Of a DNA stretch of 64,000 nt, positions 37,160-48,094 are shown piece by piece. Both the position numbers and the translations under genes were made by a program. Location of the stretch: contig CAZCNP010000006.1 in assembly GCA_964500725.1 (NCBI GenBank), positions 3,634 to 67,633 on the forward strand, read 5' to 3'. This DNA comes from an uncultured Gammaproteobacteria bacterium (GTDB lineage Bacteria > Patescibacteriota > Microgenomatia > Daviesbacterales > UBA10151). Positions within the stretch are counted from its first letter, which is position 1. Each line of letters begins with the position of its first letter. The notes under the pieces are model-generated. The model worked only from the letters and a program-made list of their open reading frames with translations. It did not search any database and was not told the origin of the DNA.

Positions 37160-37276
37160 CTATCCTTGCCTTTGTTTATGTCTTGGATCACGTGGGCAAA
37201 TTATATATAACATACCCTCGCGTTTAACAACTTTACAAAATTTGCACCTAGTTTTTATTGATGCTTGTACTTTCAT
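37160..37276 (-). CDS. rpmJ: 50S ribosomal protein L36
   Basis: Manual translation [38 protein letters not shown] (below the ORF-track cutoff). Confidence 0.95.
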   Translation of the reverse strand: MKVQASIKTRCKFCKVVKREGMLYIICPRDPRHKQRQG

Positions 37277-37521
37277 TATTTTAGTCTAAACGTAATCCTT
37301 CCTTTGTCCAAATCATACTTTGGACTCATTTCTATTCTTACCCGATCACCTTCTAAAAGCCTTATATAATGCATTCTCATCTTACCCGAAATATGACACA
37401 AAATTATGCGTCCAATAAGCTCAGGCACATCAACACTTCTATCAATCTCTACCCTAAATAAAGTATTCGGCAAAACCTCTTTAATTTTACCTTCTACTTC
37501 AATAACGTCTTTAACATTCAT
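37276..37521 (-). CDS. infA: translation initiation factor IF-1
   Basis: IEVEG...E.LPN..F, HISGKMR..YIR...GD.V, KGRI.FR; short loop insertion. Confidence 0.94.
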   Translation of the reverse strand: MNVKDVIEVEGKIKEVLPNTLFRVEIDRSVDVPELIGRIILCHISGKMRMHYIRLLEGDRVRIEMSPKYDLDKGRITFRLK

Positions 37522-37585
37522 AAGCAGTTTAGGCCACAAGATATTTTATCAGACCTAGCTTCATATTACAACCCATAGGGTTGCT

Positions 37586-38335
37586 TTATATTTTTCGCCA
37601 GTCAGTTAATACCTCAGCCTTCTTTTCTCCCGCAATTACAGTCATCTCAAACAATCCTCCCCAAGACTTATCTGAAGAAAAAAAAGTCCAACCATCTTCT
37701 CCCAAAATCACATCTGGGCTTCCTTTAGTATAAATTACTTCTATTGCTAAAGTCATGCCGCTTTTTATTACTGGCCCAGTTCCAGATACTCCAACACCAG
37801 GTATTTCTGGATCTTCATGTAAGCTTCTTCCTACCCCATGCCCGACCAAACTTCTGACTACACTATAACCTGCCCCTTCAACTTTAGATTGAATGGCATG
37901 GGATATATCTCCGATTCTGTTGCCATCTACAGCTTGGTCTATGCCTAACCACAAAGCTTCTTCTCCTACTCGCAAAAACCTCTCTTTTTCCTTATCTTTA
38001 CCTACTAACACACTCCAGGCGCAATCTGTATGCCAACCTTTATACATAACTGCCAAATCAACGCTTACTAAATCTCCATTTACAAATTTTCTATTGGTTG
38101 GTATTCCGTGCACCACTTCATCGTTTACTGTAATACAAGTGGCATAATTGTATCCAGGTACAGTTTTATATGATAAATCCCCCCCTTGTTTATAAATCTC
38201 TTTTTCGACTGCTTTATCAACATCAATCTCTGAAACATCTGCCTTAACTGACTCCATCGCTCTTTTCAATGCCCTCGCTGAAATTTCACCTGATCTATAC
38301 ATCAGTTTCAGTTCATATTGATTTCTTGATTTCAT
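37586..38335 (-). CDS. map: methionine aminopeptidase type I
   Basis: VNDEVVHGIP, GD.VSVD, GWHTD, GHGVG..LHEDP, LAIE. Confidence 0.93.
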   Translation of the reverse strand: MKSRNQYELKLMYRSGEISARALKRAMESVKADVSEIDVDKAVEKEIYKQGGDLSYKTVPGYNYATCITVNDEVVHGIPTNRKFVNGDLVSVDLAVMYKGWHTDCAWSVLVGKDKEKERFLRVGEEALWLGIDQAVDGNRIGDISHAIQSKVEGAGYSVVRSLVGHGVGRSLHEDPEIPGVGVSGTGPVIKSGMTLAIEVIYTKGSPDVILGEDGWTFFSSDKSWGGLFEMTVIAGEKKAEVLTDWRKI

Positions 38336-38843
38336 CTTGAACCTTTTCAATATCTCCTAATCCTTTAATTTCAACCAATTTGCCACTTTTTCGATAATGA
38401 TCTAGCAAAGCTGCAGTTTGTTTGTAATATAAGTCTAGGCGTCTTTTGATAAGTTCATAAGTATCATCTGCTCTACCCCTATTTAAAAGTCTTTTAATAA
38501 CTTCTTCCTCCGGAACATCTAGATAAATTACTTTATCAAAACCAGGATCGAAAATTTGTTGCTGCTCCACAGTTCTAGGATAACCATCCATCACAAACCC
38601 ATTTTGACAATCTTCCTCGCTCAATCTCTTTTTAACCACCTCTGCAGCTGTTTGATCATCTACCAGATGGCCTTGCCCTACAATGTTTCTGATCCTTTGC
38701 CCTTCTGGGCTATCTTCTTGTGATAGTTTTCTAAAAATATCACCTAAAGCAATCTTAGGTAAGTTTAAAAATTCTGCCAATAGATCTGCCTGGGTGGATT
38801 TACCGGAACCTTGAGGACCAATGAGTAGTATTTTCATAATCAT
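38313..38843 (-). CDS. adk: adenylate kinase (short LID)
   Basis: [25 protein letters not shown]. Confidence 0.93.
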   Translation of the reverse strand: MIMKILLIGPQGSGKSTQADLLAEFLNLPKIALGDIFRKLSQEDSPEGQRIRNIVGQGHLVDDQTAAEVVKKRLSEEDCQNGFVMDGYPRTVEQQQIFDPGFDKVIYLDVPEEEVIKRLLNRGRADDTYELIKRRLDLYYKQTAALLDHYRKSGKLVEIKGLGDIEKVQDEIKKSI

Positions 38844-40132
38844 CTTTTGGTAAATACCTCATAACTTCTTTCAATCAACTTACTCTCAAATTGCTTGGCT
38901 GTATCTAAAATGACTGATACTACAATTAAAAGTCCTGTTCCTCCCAATACTAAGGTTTGCAGGCCAGTAACCGAGGAGGCAATTGAAGGCAACACTGCAA
39001 TTGCTCCCAAAAAGAGCGCTCCAGCTAAAGTAATTCTTACCATAATATAGTTTAGAAAAGCTGCAGTCTGAGTACCAGGCCTGATTCCTGGAATAAATCC
39101 GCCATATTTTTTTATTTCATCTGAAACTTTAGTAGGATTAAAAATTACGGCTGTATAAAAAAAAGTAAAACCAACTACTAAAATAAAGTAAGTTGCATTG
39201 TATACAAAACTATTTGGATTAAAGTTCGTAGTTAAAAATCTACCAATAGAAGCTAGTTGTTGCTGAGGTAACCCAGCCAAATATGAACCGGCAAACGAAG
39301 GCACCAGCACTAACGAAACAGCAAAAATAATTGGGATCACTCCAGCTTGATTAACTCTTAAGGGAAGATAGGTCTGGGCTCCAGCTCCTCCCTCCCGGCC
39401 TCCTGTAAACCTTCTGGCATAAGCTACCTGAATCTGCCTCCTACCTTCATTTATAAATACCACTCCTGCCACCACCAGCACAGACAAGGCTGTAAAGATT
39501 AAAATATTTAACATCTGAGTTTGATCTACTACTGAGGCGGTTTGGGTTAATACAATCGGAACTCTGGAAACAATTCCAGCAAAAATCAGCAGAGAGATTC
39601 CATTACCAATACCATACTCCGTAATCAGCTCACCAATCCACATCAGGAAAATTGTTCCAGCAGTCATCCCTACAATAATGGCCATAATTTGCAAAGGGGT
39701 AACCTGAGTAATAATCCCCTGGTTTTTAAGCAATACAAACATTCCAATTGCCTGCAAAATTGCCAAGGGCACAGTTAAGTATCTGGTGTATTGATTGATA
39801 AGCTGTCTGCCCATCTCACCTTCTTTGGATAAAGCTTCCAGTTTTGGACTAATCATAGTCAAAAGCTGAAAAATTATTGAGGCATTAATATAAGGATTAA
39901 GACCTAAAGAAATAACTGAGAAGTTAGCCAGTGTTCCTCCGGAAAAAATATCCAAAAGCCCTAAAAATTGATTAGATGAGAAAAGTTCCTGCAATCCCTG
40001 CAGCTCTACCCCAGAAACAGGGATATGCGCGGCAATTCTAAAAATAATAACTAGGATAATGGTGACAATAATTTTTCTTCGCAGCTCTGCGATTTTGAAG
40101 GCATTTATAATCGGAGCAAAGATATTAGGCAT
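38840..40132 (-). CDS. secY: protein translocase subunit SecY
   Basis: [45 protein letters not shown]. Confidence 0.97.
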   Translation of the reverse strand: MPNIFAPIINAFKIAELRRKIIVTIILVIIFRIAAHIPVSGVELQGLQELFSSNQFLGLLDIFSGGTLANFSVISLGLNPYINASIIFQLLTMISPKLEALSKEGEMGRQLINQYTRYLTVPLAILQAIGMFVLLKNQGIITQVTPLQIMAIIVGMTAGTIFLMWIGELITEYGIGNGISLLIFAGIVSRVPIVLTQTASVVDQTQMLNILIFTALSVLVVAGVVFINEGRRQIQVAYARRFTGGREGGAGAQTYLPLRVNQAGVIPIIFAVSLVLVPSFAGSYLAGLPQQQLASIGRFLTTNFNPNSFVYNATYFILVVGFTFFYTAVIFNPTKVSDEIKKYGGFIPGIRPGTQTAAFLNYIMVRITLAGALFLGAIAVLPSIASSVTGLQTLVLGGTGLLIVVSVILDTAKQFESKLIERSYEVFTKR

Positions 40133-40559
40133 TTTCTACTTTCCCACCCGCTTTTTCAATCTTTTTTTGGGCAGATCCTGAAACAGGAAGTTTAATTGTT
40201 AATGCAGCAGATATCTCCCCTCCACCTAAAATTTTTACTCCTTTTGCTGCATCTTTGGCGGAAATAATTTTTACCTCAAGCAGCTTTGCCATGTCAACAA
40301 CTTCTTTACCTTTGAAAATATTGAGCTGACTAAGTGTTAAAGTTTTTGGCTTTGCTGATATTTTTGGATTACCCTTTCCCCGTCTTAAAGGTAATTTTCT
40401 GTAGAGCGAAAGACTGCCGGTGAAAGTAGCTGGAATTGTGCCTCTGGCTTTTTGACCTTTAGTTCCACGTCCAGCAGTTTTTCCCTTACCAGAGCCCAAA
40501 CCCTGTCCAACTCTTTTTTTAGTTTTTGTTTTTACTTTTAATAATTGATGTAGTTTCAT
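40125..40559 (-). CDS. rplO: 50S ribosomal protein L15
   Basis: KRVG.G.GSG.GKTAGRG.KGQKAR, KIEKAGG. Confidence 0.95.
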   Translation of the reverse strand: MKLHQLLKVKTKTKKRVGQGLGSGKGKTAGRGTKGQKARGTIPATFTGSLSLYRKLPLRRGKGNPKISAKPKTLTLSQLNIFKGKEVVDMAKLLEVKIISAKDAAKGVKILGGGEISAALTIKLPVSGSAQKKIEKAGGKVENA

Positions 40560-40999
40560 TTCCATACCTTTCTTAATTTACCTAATGCCTCCAAGGTAGC
40601 ATAAACATTAGAAGCTCTGTTTTTAGTACCCAATATTTTGGAGACAATATCATGTATCCCGGCAGCCTCTACCACAACCCTGACTGCTCCACCAGCGATT
40701 ACTCCTGTACCCACTGGAGCAGGCTTTAACAATACTTTGGCTGCGCCATTTTTTATAAATACTTGGTGGGGGATAGTTCTTCCTTTTAAAGGCACCTCAA
40801 TTAAATGTTTTTTTGCATAAGACGTAGCTTTCCTGACTGCAGACTGCACCTCGGCTGCTTTTCCTAAGCCTACTCCTACCTTTCCTTTTCTGTCTCCTAC
40901 CACTACCAAAACAGACAGGGATCTTTTATCCCCACCTTTAGTTTTTTTCGATACTCTGTTAACCTGAACTACTCTTTCAAAAAACTCCTGTGGTTCCAT
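40556..40999 (-). CDS. rpsE: 30S ribosomal protein S5
   Basis: VNRVSKKTKGG, VVVGD..G.VG.G.GKA, PAP.GTGVIAGG. Confidence 0.96.
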   Translation of the reverse strand: MEPQEFFERVVQVNRVSKKTKGGDKRSLSVLVVVGDRKGKVGVGLGKAAEVQSAVRKATSYAKKHLIEVPLKGRTIPHQVFIKNGAAKVLLKPAPVGTGVIAGGAVRVVVEAAGIHDIVSKILGTKNRASNVYATLEALGKLRKVWK

Positions 41000-41334
41000 T
41001 AAAATTCTAAACCTCCTTCTCTTGCGCCTTTACTAAGCTCTGCTATTCTACCATGGTATAAAAATCCTCCCCTGTCAAATACTACTTTTTTTACTTTTAA
41101 TTTTAAGGCTTTCTCAGCCAATTGTTTACCTACCTCATAGGCCTTTTTTGTTTTTTGCACTTTTGCTAGCTTAAGATCGTTTGTAGCTGCTAAGGTTTTA
41201 CTGGCTTGGTCATCAATAATTTGGGCATAGATATGTTTGCCAGAACGAAATACTGCCAACCTTGGGCGGTCTTTAGTTCCAACTATCTTTTTTCTCACTT
41301 TTTGATGTTTTCTTTCCCTTAACTCTTTTATCAT
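40999..41334 (-). CDS. rplR: 50S ribosomal protein L18
   Basis: [29 protein letters not shown]. Confidence 0.96.
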   Translation of the reverse strand: MIKELRERKHQKVRKKIVGTKDRPRLAVFRSGKHIYAQIIDDQASKTLAATNDLKLAKVQKTKKAYEVGKQLAEKALKLKVKKVVFDRGGFLYHGRIAELSKGAREGGLEF

Positions 41335-41349
41335 AATATTTTAGATTTA

Positions 41350-41916
41350 TTATTTACCTCCTCCAGCTGCGCCAGTTCCTACTTTAGCACTCTTACCTAC
41401 TTTCTTTCTGATATACTCTCCTGCGTATCTTATTCCCTTACCCTTATACACATCTGGCACTCTGACTTTTTTAACATTAGCAGCTACTTGTCCAACCAGC
41501 TGCCTGTCTATCCCCGATACTTTAATCTTAGTATTTTCTACTACCTCAAAAGTTACCCCTTCCGGAGCAACTACCTCAACAGGATGAGAATAACCCACAT
41601 TTAGTATTAGCTTACTTCCCGCTGCCTGAGCCCTAAATCCCACCCCCACTAGCTCTAAATCTTTACTCCATAAACTTGTCACCCCTGTTACCATGTTGGC
41701 AATAAGACTGTTTGTTAAACCGTGTAAAGCTTTTACTCTTTTTTGCTCACTGCCTCTTTTGACTATAACTTTACCTCCTTCAACTTCTACCTCAATCGAA
41801 GGATCCACGCTTAGTGTTAAAGTACCTTTTGGTCCGTTGACACTAACCATCCTTCCAGTTTTTGAAACCGTAACTCCTGCAGGTATATCAATCAGTGCAT
41901 TTCCTATTCTACTCAT
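41350..41916 (-). CDS. rplF: 50S ribosomal protein L6
   Basis: MSRIG, GPKG.L, GVGFRA, GYSHP, YKGKGIRY. Confidence 0.97.
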   Translation of the reverse strand: MSRIGNALIDIPAGVTVSKTGRMVSVNGPKGTLTLSVDPSIEVEVEGGKVIVKRGSEQKRVKALHGLTNSLIANMVTGVTSLWSKDLELVGVGFRAQAAGSKLILNVGYSHPVEVVAPEGVTFEVVENTKIKVSGIDRQLVGQVAANVKKVRVPDVYKGKGIRYAGEYIRKKVGKSAKVGTGAAGGGK

Positions 41917-41923
41917 ATGTTGT

Positions 41924-42298
41924 TTACCAAACTAAGGCAACTACCTCTCCTCCTACTTTTGATTTGCGTGCATCAGTATCAGTCATAAGACCCTTAGGAG
42001 TGGAGATAATTGCAACACCTAAACCATTTAGCACTGATGGCAACTCTTTGACTCCTTTATAGATTCTCAAGCCCGGCTTAGAAACTCTTTTAACATCAGT
42101 TAATGCTGGGATTCTGGAGTTGTATTTCAAGGTAACTACAATTTCTCTTTCTTTTTTATCAGCACTTTCAAGATACCCTTCTTTTTTCAAAAGCTCTGTT
42201 AGTTTCCAAACTAGGTTGGAAAATCTTAATGGAACCGTAGTTTTACCTACTTGGTAACCATTTTTTATTCTAATTAATGCATCAGCAACGGTATCCAT
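41924..42298 (-). CDS. rpsH: 30S ribosomal protein S8
   Basis: D.VAD.L.RIKN, SKPGLRIY, ISTPKG, GGEV. Confidence 0.96.
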   Translation of the reverse strand: MDTVADALIRIKNGYQVGKTTVPLRFSNLVWKLTELLKKEGYLESADKKEREIVVTLKYNSRIPALTDVKRVSKPGLRIYKGVKELPSVLNGLGVAIISTPKGLMTDTDARKSKVGGEVVALVW

Positions 42299-42301
42299 TT
42301 T

Positions 42302-42481
42302 TTACCAGCTCGCTTTCTTCACACCTGGCAATAGACCAAGATGCGCCAATTCTCTAAAACAGAGCCTGCAAAGTCCAAATTTCCTGATGTATCCTCGTGG
42401 TCTACCACATCGCATACAGCGGCTTTTCTTTTGAACTTCATATTTAAAATTATCTTTAACAATATTACTTACTTTAGCCAT
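42302..42481 (-). CDS. rpsN: 30S ribosomal protein S14, zinc-binding type
   Basis: Manual translation [59 protein letters not shown]. Confidence 0.95.
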   Translation of the reverse strand: MAKVSNIVKDNFKYEVQKKSRCMRCGRPRGYIRKFGLCRLCFRELAHLGLLPGVKKASW

Positions 42482-42498
42482 ATTAGTCGCTCCGCTCC

Positions 42499-42574
42499 AA
42501 TGTATAATTGAAAATGTAAAATGTAAAATTATTTTTCATAGTTTTTAATTGTAAATTGTACATTGTAAATTATT
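42499..42574. repeat. 7-nt-period tandem repeats between rplE and rpsN
   Basis: aatgtat aattgaa aatgtaa aatgtaa aattatt ... aattgta aattgta cattgta aattatt. Confidence 0.75.
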
Positions 42575-43112
42575 AATTTCTAAATGGCATTCCTAAATAT
42601 TCCAACAGCTTTCTGCCTTCCTCTTTAGTCTTTGCAGTAGTTGCAATAGTAATTGCCAAACCCCTTGTTTTATCTACACTCTTATAGTCAACCTCAGGAA
42701 AAATAATCTGTTCCCTCAAACCAATATTTAAATTTCCATTACTGTCAAAAGAGTTAGGAGAAATACCTTTAAAGTCCCTAACCTTAGGCAAAACAATATT
42801 AACTAACTTATCTAAGAAAGCATACATTTTATCACCTCTTAAAGTCACCATCATCCCAATAGGTTGACCTTTTGAAACTTTAAAAGAAGCAATTGATTTT
42901 TTAGCCTTAGTAACTACAGGGTTTTGACCAGCTAGTTGAGATAAATAAACTTTTACCTTATCTAACACCCCGGCATTTTCTTTAGCCTCGCCCAAACCAA
43001 TACTAATAACAGCCTTTTCCACCGTTGGAACTGCCATACTATTTTTAAAACTAAACTCTTTTTGCAATTTTTCTCTAACTTCTTTTAGATATTTTTCTTT
43101 AAGCCTTTGCAT
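42573..43112 (-). CDS. rplE: 50S ribosomal protein L5
   Basis: [32 protein letters not shown]. Confidence 0.97.
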   Translation of the reverse strand: MQRLKEKYLKEVREKLQKEFSFKNSMAVPTVEKAVISIGLGEAKENAGVLDKVKVYLSQLAGQNPVVTKAKKSIASFKVSKGQPIGMMVTLRGDKMYAFLDKLVNIVLPKVRDFKGISPNSFDSNGNLNIGLREQIIFPEVDYKSVDKTRGLAITIATTAKTKEEGRKLLEYLGMPFRN

Positions 43113-43416
43113 TGGTTATCTCCTTTTTGCACTTATGACAAACTCTTACTTTTTCATTTCCTACTAACTTAAATCCTACTCTGGTAACTTTATTGCAGTT
43201 AGGACAAATTAAAGCAACATTTGATATATCCATAGGTTTAGGGATATCAATAATCCCACCCTGCATATCTTTGTACTTTCTAACATGCCTTTTGTAAAGA
43301 TTTGCCCCGCCAACAAAAATTTTACTTTCTTTGCCTCGCACATGTTCAACCTTGCCTTCTTTGCCTCGATCTTTACCTAAAAGTATTTTTACCTTGTCAC
43401 CTTTTTTTATCTTCAT
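43099..43416 (-). CDS. rplX: 50S ribosomal protein L24
   Basis: MKIKKGD.V....GKDRGK.G, ISNV, with CxxC motifs. Confidence 0.95.
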   Translation of the reverse strand: MKIKKGDKVKILLGKDRGKEGKVEHVRGKESKIFVGGANLYKRHVRKYKDMQGGIIDIPKPMDISNVALICPNCNKVTRVGFKLVGNEKVRVCHKCKKEITNAKA

Positions 43417-43784
43417 TACCATACCTCCTGGGCAAGTGAAATAATTTTTGTATAGCCTGCATCTCGCACTTCTCTGGCAATAGGACCAAAAATACGAGTA
43501 GCCCTTAAATTCCCATCATTATCAATGATAACGCCTGCGTTATCATCAAACTTGATATAGGAACCATCAACCCTTCTTACTTCTTTTTTAGTCCTGACAA
43601 TGACAACTTTTACTATCTCATGATCTTTTACCTGTCCATTAGGATCTGCTCCTTTAACCACCCCGACCACTTTTTGTCCTAAAGTAGCCTTTCTTTTGCC
43701 TGATCCTCCTAAAGGCTGAATCACAGCAATTGATTTTGCTCCACTATTGTCTGCAACTGTTAATCTTGTTCTGTGTTGAACCAT
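43416..43784 (-). CDS. rplN: 50S ribosomal protein L14
   Basis: [22 protein letters not shown]. Confidence 0.97.
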   Translation of the reverse strand: MVQHRTRLTVADNSGAKSIAVIQPLGGSGKRKATLGQKVVGVVKGADPNGQVKDHEIVKVVIVRTKKEVRRVDGSYIKFDDNAGVIIDNDGNLRATRIFGPIAREVRDAGYTKIISLAQEVW

Positions 43785-43786
43785 AC

Positions 43787-44188
43787 CTATTTAGTCTCCT
43801 TTTTCTTTCTAGCCTGCTTTTTTGGCGCTTCAGAAATTTCTTTTACCGGTTCTGCAGAAGCTTCCTGAGCGACTATTTCTTTTTGATCTTCTTTCTCTTC
43901 CGGCATTACTTCAGCTATAACTTTTTCAGCTGCTTCTTTTTGTTGCGCTTCGACAATTTCTGCTAAGTTTTTACCTACTACTTTGACAATGCTCCAATGT
44001 TTATTTTTCGAAATTGGTCTTACCTTGACTATTTCCACTATATCTCCCATCTTTACCCCAATTGAATCATGAACCAATATATTTTTAGATCTTAAGAAAG
44101 TCTTTTTATATAAAGGATGTACTGCTACCCTTTCTATTAAAACTGTAGCTGTTTTTTGAGCTTTTGCTGATATGACTCTTCCTATCAT
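43787..44188 (-). CDS. rpsQ: 30S ribosomal protein S17
   Basis: G.V.S.K..KT, HPLYKK, GD.V.I...RPISK.K; C-terminal extension. Confidence 0.94.
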   Translation of the reverse strand: MIGRVISAKAQKTATVLIERVAVHPLYKKTFLRSKNILVHDSIGVKMGDIVEIVKVRPISKNKHWSIVKVVGKNLAEIVEAQQKEAAEKVIAEVMPEEKEDQKEIVAQEASAEPVKEISEAPKKQARKKKETK

Positions 44189-44466
44189 TTTTTCTCCTTT
44201 TCTACTTTAGACCCTGTGGTTACTTTTTTGGTCTCTGTTTTGCTTTCAGCTTTTGACTCCAATTGAGCTAGCAACTCTTTTTGTCTGATCATAGTCAAAA
44301 TCTGAGCTAAATCTTTTTTCTTTTTTGCAATCACTTTGACATCTTTTAGCTTTTTCATATTTTTATCCAAAACCAAAGCAGCAATTCCTTCTCTCAAAGG
44401 TTTTACTTTAAGCTTTAATTGCTCTAAATCTAATCCTTTAATTTCTACAAATTCGTTTTTTTTCAT
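44185..44466 (-). CDS. rpmC: 50S ribosomal protein L29
   Basis: Position between rplP and rpsQ; [15 protein letters not shown]. Confidence 0.88.
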   Translation of the reverse strand: MKKNEFVEIKGLDLEQLKLKVKPLREGIAALVLDKNMKKLKDVKVIAKKKKDLAQILTMIRQKELLAQLESKAESKTETKKVTTGSKVEKEKK

Positions 44467-44876
44467 ATTCTCTCCACAAATTTAGTATCTACTGGCAACT
44501 TATGTGAAGCAAGTCTCAATGCTTCTTCTGCTATTTCTTTGGCAACAGCTCCCATCTCAAATATTAAGCTACCTGGTTTTACCACTGCCACATACCCTTC
44601 CACATCACCTTTTCCAGAACCCATTCTAGATTCAGCAGGATGTTTGGTAATTGGCTTATCAGGAAAAACTCTAATCCAAATACGTCCACCTCTTTGGGTA
44701 AAATGAGCCATAGCTCGCCTGGCTGATTCCAGCTGTCTGGCTGTAATAAACCCAGCCTCCATTGATTTTAGACCAAAAGCACCAAAGGCTAAGCTGTTTC
44801 CTCTGGTAGCTACACCACCTCTGGTGCCTTTAAAAGTTTTTCTATATTTAGTTCGTTTTGGTTGTAGTAGTGCCAT
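44463..44876 (-). CDS. rplP: 50S ribosomal protein L16
   Basis: [25 protein letters not shown]. Confidence 0.97.
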   Translation of the reverse strand: MALLQPKRTKYRKTFKGTRGGVATRGNSLAFGAFGLKSMEAGFITARQLESARRAMAHFTQRGGRIWIRVFPDKPITKHPAESRMGSGKGDVEGYVAVVKPGSLIFEMGAVAKEIAEEALRLASHKLPVDTKFVERI

Positions 44877-44877
44877 A

Positions 44878-45519
44878 TTATATCTCCACCTCTCCTTTGT
44901 TAATCCAAACCTTTACTCCGACATACCCAGATTTAGTCAAAGCAGGGTAAGCTGCAAAGTCTATATCAGCTCTGAGTGTATGTAAAGGCATAGATCCAGC
45001 AGCTTTCCACTCTCTTCTTGCAATTTCAGCTCCACCAATTCTACCAGACAAAACAACTCTGACTCCTTTTGCTCCAGACCTCATTGCTCTTTCGATTGCC
45101 TGATTCATCACTCTTTGTGCAGGCAATCTTCTAGCCAATTGTTCCGCTACTGATTGAGCAACTAAATAGGCAACAGCGTCTGCTGACTTTAACTCCATCG
45201 GAGCCACCTCTAAACCGTTATCGCTTTTGATTTTTAATTCCTTCATTAAATATTTTTTAATTTCAGTTAAACCTGTTCCGCCTCGTCCAATTAAGACTCC
45301 GGGGCGGGAAACATAAATTAATACTTTTAATTTATTAACAGCTCTTTCGATTTCAACAGAACCAATACCTGCTTTGGCTAATTTTTTCATCAAAAGATCG
45401 CGAATCTTTAAATCCTCCAAGACATATTGTTGGTACTTTGCGCCACGAGCAAACCATCGGGACTTCCAAGTTGCCCCTATGCCCATTCTAAAACCTACTG
45501 GATGTATCTTTTGTCCCAT
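44878..45519 (-). CDS. rpsC: 30S ribosomal protein S3
   Basis: [37 protein letters not shown]. Confidence 0.97.
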   Translation of the reverse strand: MGQKIHPVGFRMGIGATWKSRWFARGAKYQQYVLEDLKIRDLLMKKLAKAGIGSVEIERAVNKLKVLIYVSRPGVLIGRGGTGLTEIKKYLMKELKIKSDNGLEVAPMELKSADAVAYLVAQSVAEQLARRLPAQRVMNQAIERAMRSGAKGVRVVLSGRIGGAEIARREWKAAGSMPLHTLRADIDFAAYPALTKSGYVGVKVWINKGEVEI

Positions 45520-45914
45520 TATTTTTTCTCCTTTATTTCTGTTTTTTCAGTCTTAACATCAGTTTTGATTTTTGAATTTTGAATTTTATCATCCGTTAGG
45601 ATGATCTTAATATGGCTCATTCTTCTTTTATATGGTTTAACCCTTCCTCTGGTACCTGCTCTGAAACGGCGCATCTTTGTACTTTCATTTATTTCAATTT
45701 TCTGAAAAATAATCTTTTGCAAATTCACACCTTGTTGTTTGGCATTTGCTAACACTGTTTGTATTGCCTTTTGCAAATCACGGGCTGCAGCTTGCGGTGT
45801 AATTTCCAAAACAGAGATTGCCTTTTCAGGGGCCATTTTTCTTACCATATCAGCCACCAACCTAAGTTTTCTAGGGCTGGTATGCATATATTTTTGTATT
45901 GTCGTAATTTCCAT
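45519..45914 (-). CDS. rplV: 50S ribosomal protein L22
   Basis: SPRKLRLVAD.VR, ANA, R.SHI.I. Confidence 0.95.
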   Translation of the reverse strand: MEITTIQKYMHTSPRKLRLVADMVRKMAPEKAISVLEITPQAAARDLQKAIQTVLANAKQQGVNLQKIIFQKIEINESTKMRRFRAGTRGRVKPYKRRMSHIKIILTDDKIQNSKIKTDVKTEKTEIKEKK

Positions 45915-45920
45915 ATAATT

Positions 45921-46205
45921 TTATGTCTTTGCTGTACTTTTCTCTGTTACCTTTCCATGACCTCTAAATATTCTGGTAGGAGCAAATTCGCCTAATCTGT
46001 GTCCTACCATTGATTCGCTTACATACACTGTTACAAAGTTTTTACCTTGATGAACCAAAAAAGTATGTCCCACAAACTCAGGTGGAATTTGTGATTTCCT
46101 GGCCCAAGTTTTAATTGGGTTTTTTGGACCACTAGCCTTTTGGGCTTGCACTTTTTTCATTAACTTTTCATCAATAAACGGTCCTTTTTTTGTTGATCTT
46201 GCCAT
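45921..46205 (-). CDS. rpsS: 30S ribosomal protein S19
   Basis: [25 protein letters not shown]. Confidence 0.97.
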   Translation of the reverse strand: MARSTKKGPFIDEKLMKKVQAQKASGPKNPIKTWARKSQIPPEFVGHTFLVHQGKNFVTVYVSESMVGHRLGEFAPTRIFRGHGKVTEKSTAKT

Positions 46206-46966
46206 TATTTTCTCCTTTTAACTATATATTTACTTGTCCACTTCTTTTTATTTCTGGTTTTACCGACAGCAGGACGGCCATATTTGGTCATTGGTCTTTT
46301 TCTTCCAATTCCGCTTCTTCCTTCTCCTCCTCCATGAGGATGAGAATCAGGATCCTGAGCCACACCTCTGACAGTTGGTTTAATACCCATATGACGGGAT
46401 CTGCCCGCTTTTCCTAAAACTCTTTGCCTGATTTCTTCATTACCTAAAACACCAACTGTTGCCATCGACTCCAAAGGAACCATTCTAACCTCTCCTGATG
46501 GCATTTTCAAATGGGCAAATTCTCCCTCTTTGGCAAGCAATTGTATAGCCATTCCAGCGCTGCGCCCTAATTGCCCGCCTCGGCCAGGTCGGAGCTCCAC
46601 ATTATGCACCAAAGCTCCAACTGTTATATTTTTAAGCTTCATGCTATTGCCAGTCTTTGCCTCAACTTTATCTCCAGAAATAACTTTATCTCCAAGGGAA
46701 ATTCCTTTTGGAGCCAAAATGTATCTGTATTCACCGTCTGCATATTTTATAAGGGCAATATCAACATTTCTGTTAGGATCGTATTCTAAAGAGGCTACCT
46801 CACCCGAAACCCCAAACTTATCTCTTTTAAAATCAATTTCTCTGTAGTATCTCTTGTGCCTTCCTCCCTGGCCACGAACAGTCACCACTCCTCCAGAGCG
46901 TCCTGAATGCTTTTTTAATAATCTTTTTAGTCCTCTTGTGCCGTTAACAGACAATGCTTGATTCAT
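46205..46966 (-). CDS. rplB: 50S ribosomal protein L2 (N-terminally short)
   Basis: [40 protein letters not shown]. Confidence 0.97.
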   Translation of the reverse strand: MNQALSVNGTRGLKRLLKKHSGRSGGVVTVRGQGGRHKRYYREIDFKRDKFGVSGEVASLEYDPNRNVDIALIKYADGEYRYILAPKGISLGDKVISGDKVEAKTGNSMKLKNITVGALVHNVELRPGRGGQLGRSAGMAIQLLAKEGEFAHLKMPSGEVRMVPLESMATVGVLGNEEIRQRVLGKAGRSRHMGIKPTVRGVAQDPDSHPHGGGEGRSGIGRKRPMTKYGRPAVGKTRNKKKWTSKYIVKRRK

Positions 46967-46967
46967 A

Positions 46968-47396
46968 TTATTTGCCAGTAATAACCTTTCTTTGGGTTGT
47001 TGGGGCAGCCCCTACTGCGCTTTTTTCTACTTTAACTTTAGTTCTTCCTAAAATATCTTTCTTCTCTTTCAATTTTATTGGTTCTCCTTCAGCTGTTGTG
47101 ACTGTTACCTCTTCTTTTGGTGTTTCAAAAATGGCAATCTTTTGACCCCTCCCAACTTGAACTAAAGCTTTTTTCAAACCTGATGTTTTAAAAGTTTTTC
47201 TCACTCTTTTCTGCGATTTTGTTTTACCTTTTACGTTTATTACTTTGACTTTTAAAACTTTCACATTAAATCTTTGGGCCACTTCTTTTGCAACTTGTGG
47301 TTTAGTAGCATCTTTGTCTACCTCAAAGGTGTATAAACCACCTTGAGCTAGTTTCATAGATTTTTCAGTAATAAGAGGTTGTTTTATAATAATCAT
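46968..47396 (-). CDS. rplW: 50S ribosomal protein L23 with C-terminal extension
   Basis: PLITEKS, YTFEV...ATK, F.VKV..V, KKA.V. Confidence 0.93.
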   Translation of the reverse strand: MIIIKQPLITEKSMKLAQGGLYTFEVDKDATKPQVAKEVAQRFNVKVLKVKVINVKGKTKSQKRVRKTFKTSGLKKALVQVGRGQKIAIFETPKEEVTVTTAEGEPIKLKEKKDILGRTKVKVEKSAVGAAPTTQRKVITGK

Positions 47397-48094
47397 TTTT
47401 GCGCTCCTTTAACAGCCTTAACCTTACCAGCTGCAGATTCTTCTGCTGGCTTGCCAATTTTTTCCACTGCTTCTTTAGCAATAAATAGGAAGTTATGCTT
47501 TAAAACCTCATAAGCATTAATTAAGTTCACAGGCAAAACATTTATTCCTGGAATATTTCTGGCAGCCCTTACCACATTATCTTGCTTTTCTCCAGTCACA
47601 ATTAAGGCGCTAGTTTGTTTTTTATCTCCTTTGTATACACTGGTTAATATTTTGGCTACCAAACCAGCCATTTCTTTAGTCTTACCTGAAGCTTTATCCA
47701 AGCCAGCTAAACCGATGGTATTTTGTTCAGCTGCTTTGGCAGAAAGGGCTGCAATGAGAGCAGCTTTTTTCATCTTTTTTGGCAAATCTAATCTGATTTT
47801 TCTAGGTTTAGGACCAAACACAATACCTCCACCAACAAATATAGGGGCACGAATTGCACCATGTCTTGCTCTACCAGTTCCTTTTTGTCTATAGATTTTG
47901 GCGGTAGAACCTACAACCTCACCGCGAGTCTTTGTGGAAGCGTTCAAGCTTTTTTGATTAGTTAGATAAACTCTGGCTGCTTGGGCTAATAAATCTTTAT
48001 TAACTTTTTGGCCAAAAATTTCTTTTGGTAAAGCCAAAGTCCCAGTTTCTTTACCTGTTAAAGAATAGACAGGAATGGATAAATTAACTGGCAT
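47393..48094 (-). CDS. rplD: 50S ribosomal protein L4
   Basis: TKTRGEV, RQKGTGRARHG, GGG..FGPKPR, RNIPG. Confidence 0.97.
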   Translation of the reverse strand: MPVNLSIPVYSLTGKETGTLALPKEIFGQKVNKDLLAQAARVYLTNQKSLNASTKTRGEVVGSTAKIYRQKGTGRARHGAIRAPIFVGGGIVFGPKPRKIRLDLPKKMKKAALIAALSAKAAEQNTIGLAGLDKASGKTKEMAGLVAKILTSVYKGDKKQTSALIVTGEKQDNVVRAARNIPGINVLPVNLINAYEVLKHNFLFIAKEAVEKIGKPAEESAAGKVKAVKGAQK

